This document shows positions 9,661 to 20,430 of a DNA stretch of 64,000 nt, in pieces. Numbering within the stretch: the first letter of the stretch is position 1; each line of letters starts with the position of its first letter. Source of the DNA: an uncultured Bacilli bacterium (lineage in GTDB: Bacteria > Bacillota_I > Bacilli_A > RF39 > UBA660); assembly GCA_944332705.1 (NCBI GenBank), contig CALVKM010000004.1, positions 1,243-65,242 on the forward strand, in the 5' to 3' direction. Under the pieces are notes generated by a model that saw nothing but the letters and a program-made list of their open reading frames with translations, had not been told where the DNA came from and made no database searches. The position numbers were made by a program, and so were the translations under genes.

Positions 9661-10440
9661 ATGATAAGTTTTAAAGTATATCAACAATTATTTGAAATAA
9701 AAGAAGGATTAATAAGAATAGAATGTATTAATTTACCTTTATATAATGAGTTTGAAGATGTTTATCCTTTATATAAAGATGTAGATGAAACTACTTTTAT
9801 GGAACAAATGAATCATACTTATACAATACAAGAAAAAGCTATAATGGCTATTATTGGTATAAAATATCCAGAGTTAATAAAGAATAAAGATTTAAATTAT
9901 ATTAGTTCAATATGTGAATTTTTAGCTAACAATAATATAAGTCCTCTTTATTATGAAGATTATGTAAGGATTCTATGTAATAATCAAGTATATAATTATG
10001 CAATGCTTTTATATTCTAATAACTATGGCATTACTAAATACACTATTTTATTTGATTTGTTATATAGACTATATGATTTAACTAATCCTAATTGTTTAAA
10101 TTTTATAATTGAATTTTTAGCTAGATTAGCTAATACTCCAAATTTTTTGTTTATTGATTGTACAAATTTATTAGATATTTATAATAAAATACTTGCCAAA
10201 ATGGAAGAAATAGATTTTAATAATCCTGATACTTTTAAAGAAGTAGATTATCAAATATTACATGAACTTTTTAATATTAATAGATTAAATAATAATTTAT
10301 CTATGGATTTATTTAAAGATTTAAAAGAAGTGGATTGTAATTATGTTGATTACATATCTAAAATAAAAGAATGCCTAACAACTATTAGAAATTATAATAT
10401 AGTTCCTTTAAGATTAAGAACACCAAAAAAAGGCGAGTAG
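9661..10440 (+). CDS. Hypothetical protein
   Basis: 259-aa ORF, no recognisable motif; Asn/Tyr/Leu-rich. Confidence 0.35.
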   Translation: MISFKVYQQLFEIKEGLIRIECINLPLYNEFEDVYPLYKDVDETTFMEQMNHTYTIQEKAIMAIIGIKYPELIKNKDLNYISSICEFLANNNISPLYYEDYVRILCNNQVYNYAMLLYSNNYGITKYTILFDLLYRLYDLTNPNCLNFIIEFLARLANTPNFLFIDCTNLLDIYNKILAKMEEIDFNNPDTFKEVDYQILHELFNINRLNNNLSMDLFKDLKEVDCNYVDYISKIKECLTTIRNYNIVPLRLRTPKKGE

Positions 10441-10443
10441 CAA

Positions 10444-10992
10444 TTACTCGTTTTCTTCATATATACCATGGATTTTTTCTAAATCACTTTGACTAATTTC
10501 AGTTACTTGCCAAACGTCATCTTCATTTTTCTCTACATTAAAGTTTATTGTATAACTTATAGTATCAGTATTTTTTTGCATTAAATCAAGTTTATAATCT
10601 AAGAATTTAGATAAATCATAGTTGTTAAATTCATCATAAAATTCTTCACTATGTTCATTTAAATACTTGCTAGCATCATTTTGAGCTTTACCTAAATTAT
10701 ATACGGTAATTTTAGTTTCTACTAAAGCAGTATCATCATTATAATCTTCACCAATTATTTCATAAGTAAGGTCCGTATATTGCTTGCGAAGAATATCCCG
10801 ATATTTATCTTTTTGCTCATCATTTAAATTTTCTTCACTATCTACTACATCATCCATATCTCCAACAACTGAAGCACTTAAATTACGATACTCATCTAAA
10901 AATGCTTCGACAGCTCCTCTAGCAGTATTATTATTACAACTACAACCACTTAAACAAATTAAAGCTAAAACAATTAATAATATTTTTTTCAT
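10444..10992 (-). CDS. Lipoprotein, unknown function
   Basis: Lipobox LALICLSGC at N-terminus; acidic mature domain. Confidence 0.5.
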   Translation of the reverse strand: MKKILLIVLALICLSGCSCNNNTARGAVEAFLDEYRNLSASVVGDMDDVVDSEENLNDEQKDKYRDILRKQYTDLTYEIIGEDYNDDTALVETKITVYNLGKAQNDASKYLNEHSEEFYDEFNNYDLSKFLDYKLDLMQKNTDTISYTINFNVEKNEDDVWQVTEISQSDLEKIHGIYEENE

Positions 10993-11030
10993 AATTCACC
11001 TTAATACTATTATTAACTGCTAATAATAAA

Positions 11031-11660
11031 TTATACATTATTATAACTAAGTCTTATTAGATTATAAATAAATACTTCTCTATCAGTAATTCCCTCTTGT
11101 AATTTTTGATTCATTTCTTTATATATTTCTTCAAAATTATTACTATCTTTTAAAAACCATTCATTATATAAATATTTTAATTTATCAAAATTTTCTTTTT
11201 TATATAAAGAATCTATTTCTATTTGAATGAAATTCTTAATATTATTTTCAATTCTTAAATTATTATTGGTATTTAATTTTGGGCCTAATTCATAATTTAA
11301 TTTAAACTGTGGTAAAGTATAAAGCATTTCAATTACTCCAATTTCATCATCAACTTGCAGGAATGAGTGATATATACTTTTTCCCTCACTATTAAATTCT
11401 AGAGCTATTGTCCCATTTTTACTGGCAAATAAAGCCACATATTTAAGGGTTTTATTCTTAAGTTCACATTTATTTTCAATTAAATCTAAAAAATCCTTAT
11501 TTACTGTAATTTCATTATAAATTAAATCTTTAAGTATTTTATTACTTACTGAAAATAAAGGGATTTTTCTAATTAATTCCACATTATCTTCATCAAACCA
11601 CTCATAAAACATAAAAGGTATTTCATTAAAGTTTAAAACTAAATCATAATAAAAATTCAT
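11031..11660 (-). CDS. Hypothetical protein
   Basis: 209-aa ORF, 4-nt overlap with upstream small membrane ORF. Confidence 0.35.
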   Translation of the reverse strand: MNFYYDLVLNFNEIPFMFYEWFDEDNVELIRKIPLFSVSNKILKDLIYNEITVNKDFLDLIENKCELKNKTLKYVALFASKNGTIALEFNSEGKSIYHSFLQVDDEIGVIEMLYTLPQFKLNYELGPKLNTNNNLRIENNIKNFIQIEIDSLYKKENFDKLKYLYNEWFLKDSNNFEEIYKEMNQKLQEGITDREVFIYNLIRLSYNNV

Positions 11661-11854
11661 CTTTTTAGCCTCCCTATTCCTTTATATATAAAAAAACATC
11701 CACCAAGTATAAATAGTAAACATGAACTTCTAATAATAAAATAAACAAATTCAAAAAATGTATACCCTAAAGTAAATAAATTTAGATAAATTATTATTAG
11801 AAATAATGCAATACTTATAAAAAAACTACCTAATACTAAAAAAAATATTCTCAT
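11657..11854 (-). CDS. Small two-TM membrane protein
   Basis: 65 aa, two hydrophobic helices, translationally coupled to downstream ORF. Confidence 0.3.
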   Translation of the reverse strand: MRIFFLVLGSFFISIALFLIIIYLNLFTLGYTFFEFVYFIIRSSCLLFILGGCFFIYKGIGRLKR

Positions 11855-11890
11855 ATTTAAATATATATGATAAAATACTTTTGGTGATAC

Positions 11891-12487
11891 ATGATGAAAA
11901 AGATAATTATTTTATTTGTTAGTTTAATTTTACTTACTGGGTGTGGTGAAAAGGTACAAAATCCAATAGTTACAATGGAAATTGAAGATTATGGGGTAGT
12001 TACTATTGAACTTTATCCTGGGTATGCTCCGAATACTGTTGCTAATTTTGTAAATTTAATAGAGGAAGGATTTTATGATGGGCTTACATTTCATCGTTCT
12101 GTTCCTGGTTTTGTACTGCAAGGAGGAGATCCTGATGGGGATGGCACTGGAGGACCTGGTTATACCATAAAAGGAGAATTTAGTAGTAATGGCTATACTA
12201 AAAACACTTTAAGTCATACCCGCGGAGTTATATCTATGGCAAGAAGTCAGGATAATGATTCAGCAGGAAGCCAATTTTTCATAGTTTTAGATGATTCTGC
12301 TACATATTCACTTGATGGCTTATACGCTGGATTTGGTCGAGTTACTGAAGGTATGGATATCATTGATGAAATAGTTGCAAATGAGAAAATCGCTAATGAT
12401 GTAACTGGGGCCTTAGAAGAAAATGTGGTAATTACTAAAGTAACCGTTGATACCTTCGGAGAAACTTATGAAGTAGAAAAAAATTAA
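11891..12487 (+). CDS. ppiB: Peptidyl-prolyl cis-trans isomerase, cyclophilin type, lipoprotein
   Basis: Lipobox LLTGC; FHRSVPGFVLQGGDP and SAGSQFFI cyclophilin motifs. Confidence 0.9.
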   Translation: MMKKIIILFVSLILLTGCGEKVQNPIVTMEIEDYGVVTIELYPGYAPNTVANFVNLIEEGFYDGLTFHRSVPGFVLQGGDPDGDGTGGPGYTIKGEFSSNGYTKNTLSHTRGVISMARSQDNDSAGSQFFIVLDDSATYSLDGLYAGFGRVTEGMDIIDEIVANEKIANDVTGALEENVVITKVTVDTFGETYEVEKN

Positions 12488-12515
12488 ATGCCTATAAATA
12501 TAGTGCATTTTTTTT
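12486..12515 (+). terminator. Rho-independent terminator after cyclophilin gene
   Basis: Interrupted hairpin AAATGC..TATA/TATA..GCATTT followed by a T run of at least 6. Confidence 0.5.
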
Positions 12516-12548
12516 AAAATTAATATATAATTATAATGGTGAAGAAAA

Positions 12549-13358
12549 ATGGATATAATAACATATATAATTTTAGGTATTATTCAAGGTATTACTGAAC
12601 CAATTCCAGTATCTAGTAGTGGTCATATATTTTTATTTAAAAATTTATTTAATACCAATATGTTTAATTCCCTAAACTTTGAAATAATTTCTAATTTTGG
12701 TTCTTTTATTGCCATATTTATTATATTTTGGAATGATATTAAAGAACTTATTATTGCCTTTTTTTCTTATATCTTTAAAAAAGATACCAGGAAAAAATAC
12801 AAAAATAAATTTAGATATGCTTTATATATAATTATTAGTACTATCCCTGTTGGAATAACTGGATTCATATTTAAAGATGAATTAGAAAAATGGTATAGCC
12901 TAAATGGTTTAGCTATAGCCTTCTTAATTACTGCTCTTGCTTTATTTATTGTAAGAAATATTAAAGGAACTAAGAGTGATGAAGATATAAAACTAAAAGA
13001 TGCTATATTAATTGGCTTAATTCAAGCCGTAACTATAGTGCCAGGGATATCTCGTAGTGGAACAGTTTTAGTAGCTTGCCTACTTTGTAATTTAAAAAGA
13101 GATACTGCTCTAAAATATACATTCATGTTATATTTTCCAGTAAGTGTTGGAACAATGATTTTAGGAGTAAGTGATTTAGCAAATACTACAGAACTATCAA
13201 GTATGTTAGTACCATACCTAACAGGTATGATTGCTGCAGGAATTGTAACATTTTTCTCATATCGCTGGTTAAGTAACTGGGTTAAAAAAGGTAAACTTTG
13301 GAAATTTTCAATATATTGTGTTTGTTTAGCAATTTTTATATTTATATATTTTAGGTAG
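12549..13358 (+). CDS. uppP: Undecaprenyl-diphosphate phosphatase
   Basis: GITEPIPVSSSGH and PGISRSG signature motifs of BacA/UppP. Confidence 0.9.
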   Translation: MDIITYIILGIIQGITEPIPVSSSGHIFLFKNLFNTNMFNSLNFEIISNFGSFIAIFIIFWNDIKELIIAFFSYIFKKDTRKKYKNKFRYALYIIISTIPVGITGFIFKDELEKWYSLNGLAIAFLITALALFIVRNIKGTKSDEDIKLKDAILIGLIQAVTIVPGISRSGTVLVACLLCNLKRDTALKYTFMLYFPVSVGTMILGVSDLANTTELSSMLVPYLTGMIAAGIVTFFSYRWLSNWVKKGKLWKFSIYCVCLAIFIFIYFR

Positions 13359-14341
13359 TGAATAAAATGAAGAAGATGAAAAAAAGTATTAAAAGATATT
13401 TAATTATAATAATTGTTATATTAAGTCTTATGCTTATTTCTATAATTGCTTTATATTATGTTTGTAAATTAAAAATAAGATATGACAATGAACAATTAGC
13501 AATTATCCAAGAAAAAATTAGAGATGATATAGAATATACCTCTTGTATGTTAACACCATATAAAAGCAATAATATTGATACTTTATTTAATGAATTAACA
13601 AGTTCATTAAATACTAATAGATTAGCTATTTATTTTGAAGATTTAAATAATAGTTATACATTGACTTTAAATCCTAATGCAATTTATTATAATGCTAGTA
13701 TTATTAAATTATTTGATGCGGCATATATAATTGATAATAATGTTAATCTAAATGATACTATTACATTTACTAGTGAATATAGAAATTTATCAAAAGAAGA
13801 GGGACTACTAAAATATGAGGTAAATAGTAAAATACCTATTAAAGATATACTTTATTATTTGATATCTGTTAGTGAAAATGCATCACATATAATGCTTACC
13901 GATTATATTGGAGTTGATAATTTAAGGAATTATGCAAAAAATACTTTAGGTATAACATTAACCATCACAGATTCTGATAGATTTGGATATATGAGTGTTA
14001 CAACTACTAATACACTTCTTAAACATGTTTATGAACTACTTCAAAATGATAATGAATATACTACATTACTTAAAGATGCTATGAATAATGATTATTACAA
14101 TGGACTAAATTTTGATGAAAAAACATTCTTACATAAATATGGATATTATAATCAATATTTTCATGATATTGGCAGTTATAATTCTTTAAATCCTTATGTA
14201 ATATCTATATTCACACTTTTTGGTAATCCTGATGCTGGAGCATTAGAAAAGGTAAGTAATATAAGTAAAGAAATATATAATATCTATCAAACTAACTTAA
14301 ATAAAAAAGAAGAATATTGTTATAATTTAGCTTATAACTAA
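13358..14341 (+). CDS. Class A beta-lactamase-fold serine hydrolase, membrane anchored
   Basis: N-terminal TM; SIIK (SxxK), SEN (SxN), KYG (KTG-like) motifs in order. Confidence 0.55.
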   Translation: MNKMKKMKKSIKRYLIIIIVILSLMLISIIALYYVCKLKIRYDNEQLAIIQEKIRDDIEYTSCMLTPYKSNNIDTLFNELTSSLNTNRLAIYFEDLNNSYTLTLNPNAIYYNASIIKLFDAAYIIDNNVNLNDTITFTSEYRNLSKEEGLLKYEVNSKIPIKDILYYLISVSENASHIMLTDYIGVDNLRNYAKNTLGITLTITDSDRFGYMSVTTTNTLLKHVYELLQNDNEYTTLLKDAMNNDYYNGLNFDEKTFLHKYGYYNQYFHDIGSYNSLNPYVISIFTLFGNPDAGALEKVSNISKEIYNIYQTNLNKKEEYCYNLAYN

Positions 14342-14357
14342 TATTCTTTTTTATCCT

Positions 14358-16052
14358 TTACTGAATTCGAATGGGGTCACTTTGAGTTCCAAATCCTGAG
14401 ACATAGGTTACATTTGAGTTGAGGTAGAAACAAGGACGGACTGCACGCATATTACCCACACTGTTAGTTTCACCGATATATCCACCAGAAATCACAGGAA
14501 ACGCATAGTTATAACCATCAGATCTTCGAGAAATAGTCCATTCAGAACCTAAATACATCCAATTATCATCTGCTGCACTATCATAATTAAATAACTCTGT
14601 TGTCCAGTAACTATTACTTGCTGCATATCCATAATCTGACACATACATTAGTCCTATTTTCATTCTATCTGTTGTACTACTACTATTTGCCCCTACTTCA
14701 TAATTATATGCTATTCTTGGCGTACTTCCTCCATTTGAGTATGACATTCCTCCTACTTTAAATTCATGAGTTGCTATTTTTTCTTGCCATGTTGAGCTTA
14801 TTGTATTTAAGAATGTTGTATTTAATGTGTTTCTTATATCTGGTTTGGTCCTCGAATTCCATGTGTTATTAAGTTCACTATCCCATTGATAATTTCCTAT
14901 ACTTGTGTTCTTGATTAATTTTACTTCCAAACCAAATACTCCAACGATTCTATATAAATTATCACTTGGACAAGGTATTGCTTCACTTCCAAAGCATACA
15001 TAATTATTTGGATTGGCTCCCGCATATCTATATGAATTATCTGCGGCACCATTTGCCAAACTACTTATGTGATAATATATATTAGTTAATTCAGTCCCAG
15101 AAACATCATAAAAATTAGTTATACAACTCGCTAAATTATCTCCACTTTTACATACTTCCGTTAAAAAAGTTGGTAGTTCGTCGGTTTTAACAGTAATGAT
15201 AAATTTATTAGAATAAATACTATTAACATTCTCAATAAAAACAACTATATCATAACTTGTTTCAGAGCCTAAACCTGTAAAAATATAAGAATTGTTTGTA
15301 TTAGTCCCAGAAATATTATTACTTTCTATAATATAATAATATCTTTTTATCTCAACATCACTAGTAGCATTTACTGTTAATGTAAATCCATTATAAGTAA
15401 TATCACTCACTTCAACACTATTTATCACCGGTTTACTTTCATCTGTTGTACTAACACTTATTTCATAAATATTAGACTTAGCATTTGTGCTGTCTATTGC
15501 ATAAATGCTAATCTTATATTCTGTTAATTTATTTAAATCATTTATTACTATTGGATTGGTTGTACTTTCTATATATTCTTCACTATCATTTAATGCATAA
15601 TAATATGTTGTAATACTACCATTTTCACTTGTAGCACCCACATTTAATGTAACCGATGAACCAGTTACATTAGTAACACTAACATTATCTATCCATACTC
15701 CATCATATTTATCAAAATACACATAACACCGGTCAGATTTATTACTTAATAGATTTACTGTTTTATTAATGGAATTATATTCTAATTCTCCACCATTTTC
15801 ACAACCACTTAAATTTTCATTAAATATATATCCCGATTCTGGCCATGTTGTATCTTTAGTTTCTTCATAGATACCTGTACCGGCATCTGTTTCATACATC
15901 ATAGTAATCATATTATTATTTATTACTTGTTTATCTTTATTGGTATTAGATATTATATTACTTTCGTTACTATTAGTATTATTAAAGATAACTATTGTTA
16001 TTAAAACTAATGTTAATAACATACTACTTATCAACAATATTTTTTTGTTCAT
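14358..16052 (-). CDS. Membrane-anchored surface protein with two Fn3-like repeats and a Cys-containing C-terminal domain
   Basis: N-terminal TM; two about 85-aa repeats (V.VTNVTGSSVTLNV... / VEVSDITYNGFTLTV...); C-terminal domain ending RAVRPCFYL. Confidence 0.5.
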   Translation of the reverse strand: MNKKILLISSMLLTLVLITIVIFNNTNSNESNIISNTNKDKQVINNNMITMMYETDAGTGIYEETKDTTWPESGYIFNENLSGCENGGELEYNSINKTVNLLSNKSDRCYVYFDKYDGVWIDNVSVTNVTGSSVTLNVGATSENGSITTYYYALNDSEEYIESTTNPIVINDLNKLTEYKISIYAIDSTNAKSNIYEISVSTTDESKPVINSVEVSDITYNGFTLTVNATSDVEIKRYYYIIESNNISGTNTNNSYIFTGLGSETSYDIVVFIENVNSIYSNKFIITVKTDELPTFLTEVCKSGDNLASCITNFYDVSGTELTNIYYHISSLANGAADNSYRYAGANPNNYVCFGSEAIPCPSDNLYRIVGVFGLEVKLIKNTSIGNYQWDSELNNTWNSRTKPDIRNTLNTTFLNTISSTWQEKIATHEFKVGGMSYSNGGSTPRIAYNYEVGANSSSTTDRMKIGLMYVSDYGYAASNSYWTTELFNYDSAADDNWMYLGSEWTISRRSDGYNYAFPVISGGYIGETNSVGNMRAVRPCFYLNSNVTYVSGFGTQSDPIRIQ

Positions 16053-16141
16053 AGTATCACCAATTATATTTTACACCTTATCAGATGTAAAATCAATACA
16101 TTTTATTAGATGTATAAGAAAATAATAATAGGTGATTAAAA

Positions 16142-16375
16142 ATGTACTACAACAGATTAAAAGAAATTAGAGAAGATAATTCACTTACTCAAAGTGATAT
16201 AGCTAAAATATTAAATACTACTCAACAACAGTATTCTAAGTATGAATTAGGTATTCAAATATTACCTTTAGAAAAAATTAATATTTTAGCTAATTACTAT
16301 AACACATCTATCGATTATTTAATTGGTAGAACAGATGTTAGAAAACCATATCCTAAATCTATACTAAGCAAATAG
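16142..16375 (+). CDS. XRE-family helix-turn-helix transcriptional regulator
   Basis: LTQSDIAKILNTTQQQYSKYELG HTH_3 pattern, 77 aa. Confidence 0.8.
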   Translation: MYYNRLKEIREDNSLTQSDIAKILNTTQQQYSKYELGIQILPLEKINILANYYNTSIDYLIGRTDVRKPYPKSILSK

Positions 16376-16559
16376 TATTTTATTAATAATTATATTTTAA
16401 ATTTTAATTTTGTTCGTTTTGCTTCATTTATTAATATTTTAGTTTTTCTAAAACTTTAATGCTTAACCCAGTAAGTTCTGAAACCTTTAAAATAAGCAAA
16501 AATACTACTTTTACTATACAATTTTTAATAAATTTGTTATATTATTACTGGTGATTTTA

Positions 16560-17039
16560 ATGCGAGTATATCATGAACTTCCTCCAATATATGATGAGTA
16601 TTCTAAAGTTTTAATACTTGGTAGTATGCCTAGTGTTAAATCAAGAGAAGTAGGATTTTATTATGCTCATAAAACTAATAGATTTTGGTTTATTTTAGAA
16701 AAGTTATTTAATGTTAGTTTAAATACAATTGAAGAAAAGAAAAAGTTTTTACTAGAGAATCACATATCTTTATGGGATGTATTTGAATTTTGTGAAATTG
16801 ATGCATCAAGTGATGCATCAATAAAAAATTATAAATTAAATGATATAAATATGATTTTAAAATACGCTAAGATTAAAGCGATATTTTGCACCGGCAAAAA
16901 AAGTTACGATACTTTAATTAAAAACTTTAAAAAAGATATTCCAATTATTTATCTCCCTAGTCCTTCTAGTGCTAATGCGGCATTTAGTTTGGAAACACTT
17001 GTTACTAAATACCAAGTAATTCTAGATTATTTAACTTGA
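16560..17039 (+). CDS. DNA-deoxyinosine (hypoxanthine) glycosylase, UDG superfamily
   Basis: ILGSMPSVKSRE..FYYAHKTNRFW motif and C-terminal LPSPSSAN; ATG at 16560 follows GGTGA SD. Confidence 0.7.
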   Translation: MRVYHELPPIYDEYSKVLILGSMPSVKSREVGFYYAHKTNRFWFILEKLFNVSLNTIEEKKKFLLENHISLWDVFEFCEIDASSDASIKNYKLNDINMILKYAKIKAIFCTGKKSYDTLIKNFKKDIPIIYLPSPSSANAAFSLETLVTKYQVILDYLT

Positions 17040-18035
17040 TTTTTTACTTTTAATAAGTTCTAATATTTTTATAAATAGATATGAACACATTAATGATATT
17101 AAACAAACTAAAATATAATGAATTAAATTATTATAAACTATAATATCCTCAATATTAAGTATTCCTCCGATAAAGCGAATACCAATAATTACTAATGGAT
17201 GAATTATATAAATAATAGTTGCTAAACTACGCAATTTTTTATTAGAACTATTAGTATTATAAATAATTAAAGAAAATAGATAATACATAACAGGAACTAA
17301 AAATAAATACATACTATCATGTCTTTGTAAATCATATAATCTTAAAAAATAACTTTCTAAAAACATAAATATGAAACTAATAATTAATCCTACAATTAAT
17401 AATTTATTATTACTTTTTTCTCTACCCTTAAAACTATAACCAAGCATTAAAAATATTGGAACATAAAATAAACCATTACGAGTATAATCAAATACTTGAA
17501 ATATAATATTATAAAATTTTAAAACGCTAGGAATACATACTAAAGTACCATAATAACTATCTCCAAGTAAGCCAATTATATATAAAATAACAACAATTAC
17601 CCAAACTAATTTTTTATTTAAATGTTTAATTAAAAAATATGTAACCCATAAACCTAATATTAAAGCTGGAAAGTACCAAAGATGATAAAATGTACCATTT
17701 AAAAAGATATTTTTAATTAAATCTAGAATACTCCACGATTGTAATTGTTGAGCATAGATATTAATAGGTAGATAAATAAGCATACAAAGTAAATAAATTT
17801 TTATTATTTTAATAGTGTATTTTTTTAAAGTATCAATGTCTTTGGGTAAAATGAAATATCCGGTAATCATTAAAAATAAAGGGACACCAATACGACAAAA
17901 AACATGAGTAAAATAATAATCTAGTTCACTATTAATTGTTACAAACGGATATACATGAATAGCTACTATTAAAAAGGCAACCATAAATCTAAAAGTATCT
18001 AAATTAAGTATTTTTTTCATAAATATCACTAACAT
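17031..18035 (-). CDS. Acyltransferase family 3 integral membrane protein
   Basis: About 10 TM helices, N-terminal FRFMVAFLIVAIHV motif typical of Acyl_transf_3. Confidence 0.7.
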   Translation of the reverse strand: MLVIFMKKILNLDTFRFMVAFLIVAIHVYPFVTINSELDYYFTHVFCRIGVPLFLMITGYFILPKDIDTLKKYTIKIIKIYLLCMLIYLPINIYAQQLQSWSILDLIKNIFLNGTFYHLWYFPALILGLWVTYFLIKHLNKKLVWVIVVILYIIGLLGDSYYGTLVCIPSVLKFYNIIFQVFDYTRNGLFYVPIFLMLGYSFKGREKSNNKLLIVGLIISFIFMFLESYFLRLYDLQRHDSMYLFLVPVMYYLFSLIIYNTNSSNKKLRSLATIIYIIHPLVIIGIRFIGGILNIEDIIVYNNLIHYILVCLISLMCSYLFIKILELIKSKKSS

Positions 18036-18073
18036 AAGTTTATCATAAATTTTAATATAATAAAAGATGGAGT

Positions 18074-19285
18074 TTAGATATTGAAATCTCCATCTTTAAA
18101 TATTAATTTTTCGCCATTTTTAGTCATTGCTGTGATATTTAAATCATCTGTACCAATCATAAAATCAACATGATTAGTAGAATGATTTAGGCCCTTTGTT
18201 CTTAAAGACTCGCGAGTTTCCTCAAAGCCACCTTCAATGCATTCTGGAAAAGCATCTCCTAAAGCGATGTGACAAGAAGCATTTTCATCAAGACAAGTTT
18301 CTCCAAAAACAAAGTTAGTTTTAGCAACACCAGAATTTTTAGATACTAGCGCACACTCACCTAAAAAGCATGAATAATCATCACTTTCAATAATTCCTTT
18401 TAATATTTCTTTACCAACATAAGCATCATAATCAACAACTTTACCATCTTTAAATTTTAACCAAAATTTATCAATTAAAGCTCCGCCGTACATTAAAGGT
18501 TTTGATGCATAAACTATACCATTTGTATAACGATAATCAGGTGAAGTGAAAACTTCATAAGTGGGCATATTGACAATTAAATTATCCCCATAACCAGCAC
18601 ACTCCCAAATAACTTTTGAAGGAAGTCCAACATAAAGATCAGTACCTAGTTTATTAGTATAATGCATAGAAGTTATTTCTAAATCATTTAGTTTTTTAAC
18701 CAATTTTCTTTGTTTATCTAAAAACTTATTCCATTCATCTATTGGGTTTTTTGTATCTACCATTGTCGCAATCATCATTAAATTAAGTAATTTTTCATAA
18801 GCATCTTCTTCACTTAGATCAGGAAAACTATCCTTAGCCCAAACTACATTAGGCATAACAGCAATACACCAAGATATTTCATTTAATGCTTGTTTTTCGC
18901 GATATATTGACCTTGTTGTTCTTGACTTTAGAGCTGCTGCGGTCATATTTTCAGAACTTATATCATCAAAGTAATGTGGAAATTCCGTAGAAATCATTAA
19001 GAATGCGGCATTCTTTTTAGCATATTCATCCCAAATATGACTATCAAAATAAGAATCATTTTCTATTTCTTTTAATGATTTACTTAAATGATTATGTCTT
19101 TCTTTTTTATCTAATTCATCTAAATAGATATCATCAATACCTTTTTCTTTAGCTAAGGCTATTACTTTATCAATTAATGATTTATTATCATTATAATAAT
19201 GGATAAATAAAGAATTACTTTTAGATAAATCAAGACAACGATTTACCAGTAAATTAGCATATTTTGACTCAATTTCATCAAACAT
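18074..19285 (-). CDS. Aminopeptidase, M29 family (PepS/AmpS-like)
   Basis: 403 aa; C-terminal CHIALG ... NHVDFMIG metal-binding pattern of thermophilic metalloprotease M29. Confidence 0.8.
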   Translation of the reverse strand: MFDEIESKYANLLVNRCLDLSKSNSLFIHYYNDNKSLIDKVIALAKEKGIDDIYLDELDKKERHNHLSKSLKEIENDSYFDSHIWDEYAKKNAAFLMISTEFPHYFDDISSENMTAAALKSRTTRSIYREKQALNEISWCIAVMPNVVWAKDSFPDLSEEDAYEKLLNLMMIATMVDTKNPIDEWNKFLDKQRKLVKKLNDLEITSMHYTNKLGTDLYVGLPSKVIWECAGYGDNLIVNMPTYEVFTSPDYRYTNGIVYASKPLMYGGALIDKFWLKFKDGKVVDYDAYVGKEILKGIIESDDYSCFLGECALVSKNSGVAKTNFVFGETCLDENASCHIALGDAFPECIEGGFEETRESLRTKGLNHSTNHVDFMIGTDDLNITAMTKNGEKLIFKDGDFNI

Positions 19286-19293
19286 AACGCACC

Positions 19294-20325
19294 TTATTTA
19301 GTTGGGTCAACTAATATTTTAATTGCTGAATCTGTACCACTAGTAAGTCGTTCGTAGGCGTTTTGAACACCTTCTAGAGGTATGATATCATCAACAAATT
19401 TCATAACATCAATTTTTTTATTAGCAATTAAGTTAATTACCGAATTAAATTCATTATAAGTATAAGCAATAGCTCCTTGAAGCACTAATTCTTTCATTAC
19501 AGCCATAACTGTGTATGTTGGAACAGCATCATTAGAAACTCCAACTAAAACTACAATACCACCAGGTTTAACTAAAGATATAGCACTATTAACAGCAGCA
19601 GAATTACCAACACATTCAATAACTACATCAAAGCCACCGTTTGTTTTTTCCATAAGTTTAGGCACTAAATCTTCACTTGTAGCATTAAACCATTCATCAG
19701 CTACCCCTAGATTTACTGATTTTTCACCACGAGCTTCATTAGTTTCTGTTAGTGCTACATATTGTGCTCCTTCTTTTTTAGCAAACATAGCAGATGCTAA
19801 ACCAATAATGCCTCCGCCGATAATTAGGACATCATCACCAACAGCAATTCTTCCTAAGTGAGCCGCATGAAGACCTACAGCCATTGGTTCAACCATAGCC
19901 ATTTCTTCATCTGCTACTCCATCAGGTACTTTAATAACCATATCACTACGAATAGAAATTCTTTTAGTTAGTCCACCTGGATTATTAAGTGATAAACCTA
20001 CAGCTTCCTCCCAAGTATGTGGACAAAACCCTACATCACCATTACGACATGCTTCACATTTTCCACAAGGAGAAATTGGTAGAGCTGTAACCCTATCTCC
20101 AATTTTTAAGTCAGAACGATCTCCACAATCAACAACACGACCAACAAATTCATGTCCCATAACTAAACCAACTGGAGCTCCACCTACCCAATAATGAATA
20201 TCTGATCCACAAATTCCTGTTTTTAATACATCAATAATTACTTTCTTGCCATCACTAACAGGTTCCGAAATTTCTTTAATTTCAAATTCCTTCACCCCTT
20301 TAATAGCAACTGCTTTCATATACAT
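19294..20325 (-). CDS. Zinc-dependent medium-chain alcohol/polyol dehydrogenase
   Basis: GICGSDIH, GHEFVG, structural-zinc CGKCEACRNG and GGGIIG Rossmann motifs. Confidence 0.85.
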   Translation of the reverse strand: MYMKAVAIKGVKEFEIKEISEPVSDGKKVIIDVLKTGICGSDIHYWVGGAPVGLVMGHEFVGRVVDCGDRSDLKIGDRVTALPISPCGKCEACRNGDVGFCPHTWEEAVGLSLNNPGGLTKRISIRSDMVIKVPDGVADEEMAMVEPMAVGLHAAHLGRIAVGDDVLIIGGGIIGLASAMFAKKEGAQYVALTETNEARGEKSVNLGVADEWFNATSEDLVPKLMEKTNGGFDVVIECVGNSAAVNSAISLVKPGGIVVLVGVSNDAVPTYTVMAVMKELVLQGAIAYTYNEFNSVINLIANKKIDVMKFVDDIIPLEGVQNAYERLTSGTDSAIKILVDPTK

Positions 20326-20430
20326 CCCTCCATACTATAATTCTACCACAAAAACTAATTATTACTCATAACTTAATATATTTATTTACAAAATGTTGTC
20401 ACATATATTATAATATTTCTGGAGGTCAAA

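Noticed and set aside
10784-11023. 79-aa plus-strand ORF
   Set aside because: It is antisense to the lipoprotein gene 10444-10992. The sequence is low-complexity Ser/Leu-rich, so it is a shadow ORF. The same reasoning applies to 15940-16125, 19511-19861, 20382-20594, 23324-23569, 26949-27131, 30214-30402, 30652-30867, 43418-43627, 47370-47555, 49655-49864, 54564-54752, 56361-56555 and 61027-61227.
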